In this document: positions 1 through 12,141 of the stretch, one piece after another
Position numbering within the stretch: position 1 is the stretch's first letter
Layout: every line of letters begins with the position of its first letter
Origin: the human T2T-CHM13v2.0 reference genome, Homo sapiens
Reading direction: 5' to 3' (one strand)
Assembly (NCBI RefSeq): GCF_009914755.1
Contig: NC_060948.1
Length of the DNA: 64,000 nt
Translations under genes and position numbers: made by a program
The notes under the pieces: model-generated
What the model saw: the letters and a program-made list of their open reading frames with translations, nothing else
Databases searched by the model: none
What the model was told of the DNA's origin: nothing

Positions 1-1510
1 GGAATGAAATGGAATGGAAAGGATTCGAATGGAATGCAATCGAATGGAATGGAATCGAACGGAATGGAATAAAATGGAAGAAAACTGGCAAGAAATGGAA
101 TCGAAATGAATGGAGTGTTATGGATCGGACTCAAAAGGAATTGAATGTAATAGAATGGAGTGGAGTGGACTCGAATATAATGGACTGGAATGGAATGAAA
201 TCACATGGAATGGGAACGAATGGAATGGAATGGAAAGGAATGGAATCGAATGGAAAGGAATCGAATGGAAGGGAATGAAATTGAATCAACAGGAATGGAA
301 GGGAGTAGAATAGACGGTAATGGAATGGACTCGAATAGAATGGACACGAATGCTCAAATTGAATGGACTCGAATGGAATGGAAACGAAAGGAATGTCATC
401 GAATGGAATTGAATCGGTTGGAATGAAATCGCATAGAATGGAGTGGAATCAAATGGAATTGAATCGAAAGGAAAGGAAGCGAATGGACTGAAATGAAATG
501 GAATGGAATTGAATGGAAAGTAATGCAATGGAATAGAATGGAACGAAATTTCACGGAATGGAATCAAACTGAATGGAATCAAATCAATGGAATATAATCA
601 AATGGAATGGAAAGGAATTGAATGGAGTAGATTGGGTTGGATGGGATTGGAATGAAATGGAATGGAAAGGACTCGAATTTCATGAAACGGAATGGAATGA
701 ATTGGAACGGAATGGACTCGAATGGAATGGAATGACATGGAATGGCAAGAAATGGAATGGCATCAAAGGGAATGGAATCGAATGCAATGGAATGCTATGG
801 AATGGAATGGAATGCATTGGAATGGAATGTCCTCTAATGGAATGGATTCGAGTGGAATGGAATCTAATATAATGGAGTCGAATGAAATGGAATTGAAAGG
901 AATGGGATCGAATACAATGGAATATACTGGAATGTAATGTAAAGAACTCGAATGTAATTGAATGGAAAGGAATGTACATGAATGGAATGTAATCGAATGG
1001 AAAGTAATCCAATGGAATAGTATCTAATGTAATAAAATCGACTCAGATAGAGTAGAATGTAATGGAATGGAGTGTAGTGCAATGGAATGGAATGGAATGG
1101 AATGCAATGGAATGGAAAGGAATGGAATGGAATGGAATGGAATGGGATGGAATGGTATGGAATGGATAGTAATGGACTGGAGTGAAATGGACTGGAAAGG
1201 AATGGACTCAAATTGAAAGGTCTCGAAAGGAATGGAGTCAAAAGGAATGGTCTGGAATGGAATGAACACGAATGTAATGCAATCCAATAGAATGGAGTCG
1301 AATGGCATGGAATATAAAGAAATGGAATCGAAGAGAATGGAAACAAATGGAATGGAATTGAATGGAATGGAATTGAATGGAATGGGAAGGAATGGAGTGA
1401 AATTGTATGCAGTAGAAGAGAATAGAATGGAATGCAAGCAAAAGGAAAGGAATGGATTGGAATGGAATGGAATTCATTGGAATGGAAGGGAATGTAGTGT
1501 AATGGACAGG
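1..1510 (-). repeat. DYZ1: Partial DYZ1 monomer (window start)
   Basis: Matches 3570-5079 at offset 3569; ends at the first GG^CC site; EcoRI GAATTC at 1470-1475. Confidence 0.9.
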
Positions 1511-1883
1511 CCTGGAATAAAGTGGAATGCTACGTTCTCGAATGGAATAAAAATGTATGGAATGGAATGCAATGAAACGGAATCGAATGTCATAGAATGT
1601 AATGGAATACAAAAAAATGGAATCCAAAATCATTGACTGGAAAGGCTGGGTGTCGAAAGGAATTGACTCCAATGGAATGGAATCGAATGGAATGGAAGTG
1701 AATAGAATCGAACTAAATCGAATGGAATGGAATTGATAGGAACGGAATGGAAAGGAATGCAATGATTTGGCATGGAATGGAATCGAATGGCATCGAATGG
1801 AATGGAATGGAATGCAATGGAATGGAATGTATTAGAATGTAATGAACTTTAATGGAATGTACTCGAATGGATTCGACTGGAAT

Positions 1884-1898
1884 GGAATGTTCTGGAAG
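1884..1898. promoter_or_regulatory. Perfect heat-shock element motif HSE-1 (gGAAtgTTCtgGAAg); recurs in each monomer
   Basis: Exact nGAAnnTTCnnGAAn match; intact in 17/18 monomers, broken near 44260. Function is inferred, not shown. Confidence 0.55.
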
Positions 1899-2163
1899 TG
1901 AATGGACTCCAATGGAATGGATTCAAAAGGAATGGAATCGTACGGAATGGAATCTAATGGAATGGAATTAAATGGAAATGAATCAAATTGAATAGCACGG
2001 AATTGAATTGAATGGAATCGAATGCAACGGAATCTAATGAAACGGAAAGGAAAGGAATGGAATGGAATGGAATGGGCTGGAATGGAAAGGAATCGAAACG
2101 AATGGAATGGAATCGAACTGAAGAGACTGGAATGGAATGCACTGGAATGGAAGGGAGTGTAAT

Positions 2164-2178
2164 GGAAGGTTCTCGAAA
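2164..2178. promoter_or_regulatory. Perfect heat-shock element motif HSE-2 (gGAAggTTCtcGAAa); recurs in each monomer
   Basis: Exact match; intact in 16/18 monomers, broken near 23425 and 33991. Function is inferred. Confidence 0.55.
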
Positions 2179-3199
2179 AAAATGGAATCGAATGGAATGG
2201 AATTGAATGGAACGGAATAGAGTCGAATGGAATTGAATGGAATGGAATGGACTAGAGTGAAATGGAATCGAACCACAAGGAATGGACAGGAATAGAATGG
2301 TCTCGAATTGAATGGAATCGTATGGAATGGCATCAAACGGAATGGAATGGACAGCCACGGAATGGAATGCACTCGAATGCAATGGAGTCGAAACTAACGG
2401 ACTGGAATAGAATGGACTCGACTGGTACGGACTCCAATGGAATGGAATCGAATGGAAGGGAATCGAACGGAAGGGAATCGAACGGAATGGACTCGAAGGG
2501 AAAAGACTGCAATGGAAAGGTCTCGAATGGAATGGAAATTAATGGAATGGAATGGAATCGAATGAAATGGAGTCAAAAGGAATGGAATCGAATGGCAAGA
2601 AATCGAATGTAATGGAATCGCAAGGAATTGATGTGAACGGAACGGAATGGAATGGAATCCAAAGGAATGGAATAGAATGGAATGGAATCGAATGGAAAGG
2701 ACTCGAATGGAAATCACTCGAATAGAATGCAATTTAATAAAATAGGATCAAATGTAATGGAATGGAATGGAAAGGAATCGAAACGAAAGGAATGGAGACA
2801 GATGGAATGGAATGGAACAGAGAGCAATGGTATAGAATGGAATGGAATCATCTGGAATGGAATTGAATGGAATGGAATAACATGAAATGGAATGGAATGG
2901 AATGGAATGCCTTTGAATTAAATGGACTGGAATGGAATGGTCTCGAACAGAGTGGAATGGAAAGTGTTGGAATAGAATGGAATGGACTCGTTTGGAATGG
3001 TGTAGTATGCAATGCAATCGACTGGCAGGGAATCAAAAGGAATGTAATCGAATGGATTGGACTGGAATGCAATGGACTCGAATAGATTGGAAACGGAATG
3101 CAAAGGAATGGAATGGAATAGTATGGAATGGAATGGAAAGGAATGGAGTGGAATAGACTAGAGTGGAATGGAATGGACTGGAAAGCAATGGACTGGAAT

Positions 3200-3214
3200 G
3201 GAACTTTCTTGAAT
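3200..3214. promoter_or_regulatory. Perfect heat-shock element motif HSE-3 (gGAActTTCttGAAt); recurs in each monomer
   Basis: Exact match; intact in 18/18 monomers. Function is inferred. Confidence 0.55.
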
Positions 3215-4941
3215 GGACTGGAATCAAACGGAATGGAATGCAATGCAATCAAATGGCATGGAATAAAATAGAATGAAAGAGAATCAAATGGAATTGAATC
3301 GAATGGAATCGAATGGATTGGAAAGGAATAGAATGGAATGGAATGGAATTGACTCAAATGGAATGGACTAGAATGGAATGGATTCGAATGGAAGGCAAAG
3401 GAATGGAATCTATTGGAATGGACTGTAATGGAATGGAATGGAAGGGATTGGAATGGACTCGAATGGAATGGACTGCAATAGAAAGGATTCGAATGGAATG
3501 AAAAAGAATTGAATGGAATAGAACAGAATGGAATCAAATCGAATGAAATGGAATGGAATAGAAAGGAATGGAATGAAATGGAATGGAAAGGATTCGAATG
3601 GAATGCAATCGAATGGAATGGAATCGAACGGAATGGAATAAAATGGAAGAAAACTGGCAAGAAATGGAATCGAAATGAATGGAGTGTTATGGATCGGACT
3701 CAAAAGGAATTGAATGTAATAGAATGGAGTGGAGTGGACTCGAATATAATGGACTGGAATGGAATGAAATCACATGGAATGGGAACGAATGGAATGGAAT
3801 GGAAAGGAATGGAATCGAATGGAAAGGAATCGAATGGAAGGGAATGAAATTGAATCAACAGGAATGGAAGGGAGTAGAATAGACGGTAATGGAATGGACT
3901 CGAATAGAATGGACACGAATGCTCAAATTGAATGGACTCGAATGGAATGGAAACGAAAGGAATGTCATCGAATGGAATTGAATCGGTTGGAATGAAATCG
4001 CATAGAATGGAGTGGAATCAAATGGAATTGAATCGAAAGGAAAGGAAGCGAATGGACTGAAATGAAATGGAATGGAATTGAATGGAAAGTAATGCAATGG
4101 AATAGAATGGAACGAAATTTCACGGAATGGAATCAAACTGAATGGAATCAAATCAATGGAATATAATCAAATGGAATGGAAAGGAATTGAATGGAGTAGA
4201 TTGGGTTGGATGGGATTGGAATGAAATGGAATGGAAAGGACTCGAATTTCATGAAACGGAATGGAATGAATTGGAACGGAATGGACTCGAATGGAATGGA
4301 ATGACATGGAATGGCAAGAAATGGAATGGCATCAAAGGGAATGGAATCGAATGCAATGGAATGCTATGGAATGGAATGGAATGCATTGGAATGGAATGTC
4401 CTCTAATGGAATGGATTCGAGTGGAATGGAATCTAATATAATGGAGTCGAATGAAATGGAATTGAAAGGAATGGGATCGAATACAATGGAATATACTGGA
4501 ATGTAATGTAAAGAACTCGAATGTAATTGAATGGAAAGGAATGTACATGAATGGAATGTAATCGAATGGAAAGTAATCCAATGGAATAGTATCTAATGTA
4601 ATAAAATCGACTCAGATAGAGTAGAATGTAATGGAATGGAGTGTAGTGCAATGGAATGGAATGGAATGGAATGAAATGGAATGGAAAGGAATGGAATGGA
4701 ATGGAATGGAATGGGATGGAATGGTATGGAATGGATAGTAATGGACTGGAGTGAAATGGACTGGAAAGGAATGGACTCAAATTGAAAGGTCTCGAAAGGA
4801 ATGGAGTCAAAAGGAATGGTCTGGAATGGAATGAACACGAATGTAATGCAATCCAATAGAATGGAAACGAATGGCATGGAATATAAAGAAATGGAATCGA
4901 AGAGAATGGAAACAAATGGAATGGAATTGAATGGAATGGAA

Positions 4942-5095
4942 TTGAATGGAATGGGAACGAATGGAGTGAAATTGTATGCAGTAGAAGAGAATAGAATGGA
5001 ATGCAAGCAAAAGGAAAGGAATGGATTGGAATGGAATGGAATTCATTGGAATGGAAGGGAATGTAGTGTAATGGACAGGCCTGGAATAAAGTGGA
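4942..5095. other. DYZ1: Classic DYZ1 sexing-PCR target region (Y1.2/Y1.1-type primer sites), 154 bp in this monomer
   Basis: TTGAATGGAATGGGAACGAATGG at 4942-4964 and GGACAGGCCTGGAATAAAGTGGA at 5073-5095 match the DYZ1 primer pair as I recall it (not database-checked); supports a Y origin. Confidence 0.7.
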
Positions 5096-8000
5096 ATGCT
5101 ACGGTCTCGAATGGAATAAAAATGTATGGAATGGAATGCAATGAAACGGAATCGAATGTCATAGAATGTAATGGAATACAAAAAAATGGAATCCAAAATC
5201 ATTGACTGGAAAGGCTGGGTGTCGAAAGGAATTGACTCCAATGGAATGGAATCGAATGGAATGGAAGTGAATAGAATCGAACTAAATCGAATGGAATGGA
5301 ATTGATAGGAACGGAATGGAAAGGAATGCAATGATTTGGCATGGAATGGAATCGAATGGCATCGAATGGAATGGAATGGAATGCAATGGAATGGAATGTA
5401 TTAGAATGTAATGAACTTTAATGGAATGTACTCGAATGGATTCGACTGGAATGGAATGTTCTGGAAGTGAATGGACTCCAATGGAATGGATTCAAAAGGA
5501 ATGGAATCGTACGGAATGGAATCTAATGGAATGGAATTAAATGGAAATGAATCAAATTGAATAGCACGGAATTGAATTGAATGGAATGGAATGCAATGGA
5601 ATCTAATGAAACGGAAAGGAAAGGAATGGAATGGAATGGAATGGGCTGGAATGGAAAGGAATCGAAACGAATGGAATGGAATCGAACTGAAGAGACTGGA
5701 ATGGAATGCACTGGAATGGAAGGGAGTGTAATGGAAGGTTCTCGAAAAAAATGGAATCGAATGGAATGGAATTGAATGGAACGGAATAGAGTCGAATGGA
5801 ATTGAATGGAATGGAATGGACTAGAGTGAAATGGAATCGAACCACAAGGAATGGACAGGAATAGAATGGTCTCGAATTGAATGGAATCGTATGGAATGGC
5901 ATCAAACGGAATGGAATGGACAGCCACGGAATGGAATGCACTCGAATGCAATGGAGTCGAAACTAATGGACTGGAATAGAATGGACTCGACTGGTACGGA
6001 CTCCAATGGAATGGAATCGAATGGAAGGGAATCGAACGGAAGGGAATCGAACGGAATGGACTCGAAGGGAAAAGACTGCAATGGAAAGGTCTCGAATGGA
6101 ATGGAAATTAATGGAATGGAATGGAATCGAATGAAATGGAGTCAAAAGGAATGGAATCGAATGGCAAGAAATCGAATGTAATGGAATCGCAAGGAATTGA
6201 TGTGAACGGAACGGAATGGAATGGAATCCAAAGGAATGGAATAGAATGGAATGGAATCGAATGGAAAGGACTCGAATGGAAATCACTCGAATAGAATGCA
6301 ATTTAATAAAATAGGATCAAATGTAATGGAATGGAATGGAAAGGAATCGAAACGAAAGGAATGGAGACAGATGGAATGGAATGGAACAGAGAGCAATGGT
6401 ATAGAATGGAATGGAATCATCTGGAATGGAATTGAATGGAATGGAATAATATGAAATGGAATGGAATGGAATGGAATGTCCTTGAATTAAATGGACTGGA
6501 ATGGAATGGACTCGAACAGAGTGGAATGGAATGTGTTGAAATAGAATGGAATGGACTCCTTTGGAATGGTGTAGTATGCAATGCAATCGACTGGCAGGGA
6601 ATCAAAAGGAATGTAATCGAATGGATTGGAGTGGAATGCAATGGACTCGAATAGATTGGAAGCGGAATGCAAAGGAATGGAATGGAATAGTATGGAATGG
6701 AATGGAAAGGAATGGAGTGGAATAGACTAGAGTGGAATGGAATGGACTCGAAAGCAATGGACTGGAATGGAACTTTCTTGAATGGACTGGAATCAAACGG
6801 AATGGAATGCAATGCAATCAAATGGCATGGAATAAAATAGAATGAAAGAGAATCAAACGGAATTGAATCGAATGGAATCGAATGGATTGGAAAGGAATAG
6901 AATGGAATGGAATGGAATTGACTCAAATGGAATGGACTAGAATGGAATGGATTCGAATGGAAGGCAAAGGAATGGAATCTATTGGAATGGACTGTAATGG
7001 AATGGAATGGAAGGGATTGGAATGGACTCGAATGGAATGGACTGCAATAGAAAGGATTCGAATGGAATGAAAAAGAATTGAATGGAATAGAACAGAATGG
7101 AATCAAACCTCATGAAATAGAAAGGAATAGAAAGGAATGGAATGAAATCGAATGGAAAGGATTCGAATGGAATGCAATCGAATGGAATGCAATCGAATGG
7201 AATGGAATCGAACGGAATGGAATAAAATGGAAGAAAACTGGCAAGAAATGGAATCGAAATGAATGGAGTGTTAAGGAACGGACTCAAAAGGAATTGAATG
7301 TAATAGAATGGAGTGGAGTGGACTCGAATATAATGGACTGGAATGGAATGAAATCACATGGAATGGGAACGAATGGAATGGAATGGAAAGGAATGGAATC
7401 GAATGGAAAGGAATCGAATGGAAGGGAATGAAATTGAATCAACAGGAATGGAAGGGAATAGAATAGACGGTAATGGAATGGACTCGAATAGAATGGACAC
7501 GAATGCTCAAATTGAATGGACTCGAATGGAATGGAAATGAAAGGAATGTCATCGAATGCAATTCAATCGATTGGAATGAAATCGCATAGGATGGAGTGGA
7601 ATCAAATGGAATTGAATCGAAAGGAAAAGAAGCGAATTGACTGAAATGAAATGGAATGGAATTGAATGGAAAGTAATGCAACGAAATAGAATGGAATGAA
7701 ATTTCACGGAATGGAATCAAACTGAATGGAATCAAATCAATGGAATATAATCAAATGGAATGGAAAGGAATTGAATGGAGTAGATTGTATTGGATGGGAT
7801 TGGAATGAAATGTACTGGAAAGGACTCGAATTTCATGAAACGGAATGGAATGTATTAGAACGGAATGGACTCGAATGGAATTGAATGTCACGGAATGGCA
7901 TCAAATGGAATGGCATCAATTGGAATGGAATCGAATGCAATGGAATGCTATGGAATGGAATGGAATGCATTGGAATGGAATGTCCTCTAATGGAATGGAT

Positions 8001-8618
8001 TCGAGTGGAATGGAATCGAATATAATGGAGTCTAATGAAATGGAATTGAAAGGAATGGGATCGAATACAATGGAATATACTGGAATGTAATGTAATGAAC
8101 TCGAATGTAATTGACTGGAATGGAATGTACATGAGTGGAATGTAATCGAATGGAAAGTAATCCAATGGAATAGAATCTAATGCAATAAAATCGACTCAAA
8201 TAGAGTAGAATGTAATGGAATGGAGTGCAGTGCAATGGAATGGAATGGAATGGGATGGAATGGTATGGAATGGATAATAATGGACTGGAGTGAAATGGAC
8301 TGGAAAATAATGGACTCAAATTGAAAGGGCTCGAAAGGAATGGAGTCAAATGGAATGGTCTGGAATGCAATGAACACGAATGTAACGCAATCCAATAGAA
8401 TGGAATCGAATGGCATGGAATATAAAGAAATGGAATCGAAGAGAATGGAAACAAATGGAATGGAATTGAATGGAATGGAATTGAATGGAATGGGAACGAA
8501 TGGAGTGAAATTGTATGCAGTAGAAGAGAATAGAATGGAATGCAAGCGAAAGGAAAGGAATGGATTGGAATGGAATGGAATTCATTGGAATGGAAGGGAA
8601 TGTAGTGTAATGGACAGG
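5080..8618 (-). repeat. DYZ1: DYZ1 monomer, 3539 bp
   Basis: GGCC at 5078 and 8617; +15 bp duplication near 7180 and 45 bp shorter GGAAT tract near 8235. Confidence 0.9.
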
Positions 8619-11600
8619 CCTGGAATAAAGTGGAATGCTACGGTCTCGAATGGAATAAAAATGTATGGAATGGAATGCAATGAAACGGAATCGAATGTCA
8701 TAGAAGTAATGGAATGCAAAAAAATGGACTCCAAAATCATTGACTGGAAAGGCTGGGTGTCGAAAGGAATTGACTCCAATGGAATGGAATCGAATGGAAT
8801 GGAAGTGAATAGAATCGAACTAAATCGAATGGAATGGAATTGATAGGAACGGAATGGAAAGGAATGCAATGATTTGGCATGGAATGGAATCGAATGGCAT
8901 CGAATGGAATGGAATGGAATGCAATGGAATGGAATGTATTAAAATGTAATGAACTTTAATGGAATGTACTCAAATGGATTCGACTGGAATGGAATGTTCT
9001 CGAAGTGAATGGACTCCAATGGAATGGATTCGAAAGGAATGGAATCTAATGGAATGGAATTAAATGGAAATGAATCAAATTGAATAGAACGGAATTGAAT
9101 TGAATGGAATCGAATGCAATGGAATCTAATGAAACGGAAAGGAAAGGAATGGAATGGAATGGAATGGAATGGGCTGGAATGGAATGGAATCGAAACGAAT
9201 GGAATGGAATCGAACTGAAGAGACTGGAATGGAATACACTGGAATGGAAGGGAATGTAATGGAAGGTTCTCGAAAAAAATGTAATTGAAAGGAATGGAAT
9301 TGAGTGGAACGGAATAGAGTCGAATGGAATTCAATGGAATGGAATGGACTAGAGTGAAATGGAATCGAACCACAAGGAATGGACAGGAATAGAATGGTCT
9401 CGAATTGAATGGAATCGTATGGAATGGCATCAAACGGAATGGAATGGACAGCCACGGAATGGAATGCACTCGAATGCAATGGAGTCGAAACTAATGGACT
9501 GGAATAGAATGGACTCGACTGGTACGGACTCCAATGGAATGGAATCGAATGGAAGGGAATCGAACGGAATGGACTCGAAGGGAAAAGACTGCAATGGAAA
9601 GGTCTCGAATGGAACGGAAATTAATGGAATGGAATGGAATCGAATGAAATGGAGTCAAAAGGAATGGAATCGAATGGCAAGAAATCGAATGTAATGGAAT
9701 CGCAAGGAATTGATGTGAACGGAACGGAATGGAATGGAATCCAAAGGAATGGAATAGAATGGAATGGAATCGAATGGAAAGGACTCGAATGGAAATCACT
9801 CGAATAGAATGCAATTTAATAAAATAGGATCAAATGTAATGGAATGGAATGGAAAGGAATCGAAACGAAAGGAATGGAGACAGATGGAATGGAATGGAAC
9901 AGAGAGCAATGGTATAGAATGGAATGGAATCATCTGGAATGGAATTGAATGGAATGGAATAACATGAAATGGACTGGAATGGAATGGAATGCCCTTGAAT
10001 TAAATGGACTGGAATGGAATGGACTCGAACAGAGTGGAATGGAAAGTGTTGAAATAGAATGGAATGGACTCGTTTGGAATGGTCTAGTATGCAATGCAAT
10101 CGACTGGCAGGGAATCAAAAGGAATGTAATCGAATGGATTGGACTGGAATGCAATGGACTCGAATAGATTGGAAACGGAATGCAAAGGAATGGAATGGAA
10201 TAGTATGCAATGGAATGGAAAGGAATGGAGTGGAATAGACTAGAGTGGAATGGAATGGACTCGAAAGCAATGGACTGGAATGGAACTTTCTTGAATGGAC
10301 TGGAATCAAACGGAATGGAATGTAATGCAATCAAATGGCATGGAATAAAATAGAATGAAAGAGAATCAAATGGAATTGAATCGAATGGAATCGAATGGAT
10401 TGGAAAGGAATAGAATGGAATGGAATGGAATTGACTCAAATGGAATGGACTAGAATGGAATGGATTCGAATGGAAGGCAAAGGAATGGAATCTATTGGAA
10501 TGGACTGTAATGGAATGGAATGGAAGGGATTGGAATGGACTCGAATGGAATGGACTGCAATAGAAAGGATTCGAATGGAATGAAAAAGAATTGAATGGAA
10601 TAGAACAGAATGGAATCAAATCGAATGAAATGGAATGGAATAGAAAGGAATGGAATGAAATGGAATGGAAAGGATTCGAATGGAATGCAATCGAATGGAA
10701 TGGAATCGAACGGAATGGAATAAAATGGAAGAAAACTGGCAAGAAATGGAATCGAAATGAATGGAGTGTTATGGAACGGACTCAAAAGGAATTGAATGTA
10801 ATAGAATGGAGTGGAGTGGACTCGAATATAATGGACTGGAATGGAATGAAATCACATGGAATGGGAACGAATGGAATGGAATGGAAAGGAATGGAATCGA
10901 ATGCAAAGGAATCGAATGGAAGGGAATGAAATTGAATCAACAGGAATGGAAGGGAGTAGAATAGACGGTAATGGAATGGACTCGAATAGAATGGACACGA
11001 ATGCTCAAATTGAATGGACTCGAATGGAATGGAAACGAAAGGAATGTCATCGAATGGAATTGAATCGATTGGAATGAAATTGCATAGAATGGACTGGAAT
11101 CAAATGGAATTGAGTCGAAAGGAAAGGAAGCGAATGGACTGAAATGAAATGGAATGGAATTGAATGGAAAGTAATGCAATGGAATAGAATGGAACGAAAT
11201 TTCACGGAATGGAATCAAACTGAATGGAATCAAATCAATGGAATATAATCAAATGGAATGGAAAGGAATTGAATGCAGTAGATGGGACTGGATGGGATTG
11301 GAATGAAATGTACTGGAAAGGACTCGAATTTCATGAAACGGAATGGAATGAATTGGAACGGAATGGACTCGAATGGAATGGAATGTCATGGAATGGCATC
11401 AAATGGAATGGAATCGAATGCAATGGAATGCTATGGAATGGAATGGAATGCATTGGAATGGAATGTCCTCTAATGGAATGGATTCGAGTGGAATGGAATC
11501 GAATATAATGGAGTCGAATGAAATGGAATTGAAAGGAATGGGATCGAATACAATGGAATATACTGGAATGTAACGTAATGAACTCGAATGTAATTGACTG

Positions 11601-12141
11601 GAATGGAATGTACATGAATGGAATGTAATCGAATGGAAAGTAATCCAATGGAATAGAATCTAATGCAATAAAATCGACTCAAATAGAATAGAATGGAATG
11701 GAATGGAGTGCAGTGCAATGGAATGGAAGGGAATGGAATGCAATGGAATGGAATGTAATGGAATGGAATGGAATGGGATGGAATGGTATGGAATGGATAG
11801 TAATGGACTGGAGTGAAATGGACTGGAAAGGAATGGACTCAAATTGAAAGGGCTCGAAAGGAATGCAGTCAAATGGAATGATCTGGAATGGAATGAACAC
11901 GAATGTAATGCAATCCAATAGAATGGAATCGAATGGCATGGAATATAAAGAAATGGAATCGAAGAGAATGGAAACAAATGGAATGGAATTGAATGGAATG
12001 GAATTGAATGGAATGAGAATGAATGGAGTGAAATTGTATGCAGTAGAAGAGAATAGAATGGAATGCAAGCGAATGGAAAGGAATGGATTGGAATGGAATG
12101 GAATTCATTGGAATGGAAGGGAATGTAGTGTAATGGACAGG
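8619..12141 (-). repeat. DYZ1: DYZ1 monomer, 3523 bp
   Basis: GGCC at 8617 and 12140; 1-bp deletion near 8706. Confidence 0.9.

Larger units (their letters stand above)
1511..5079 (-). repeat. DYZ1: DYZ1 monomer (HaeIII-HaeIII), 3569 bp
   Basis: GGCC at 1509 and 5078. Strand is given relative to the conventional CATTC orientation. Confidence 0.9.

Noticed and set aside
545-687. Additional HSE-like or palindromic sites GAAATTTC (545-552) and TTTCATGAAA (678-687)
   Set aside because: Only two boxes are correctly spaced and the third is off by one base. Short palindromes are expected at this base composition.
1003-1016. DUX4-like motif TAATCCAATGG
   Set aside because: It lacks the terminal ATCA of the DUX4 consensus and is lost (GCAATCCAAT) in many downstream monomers.
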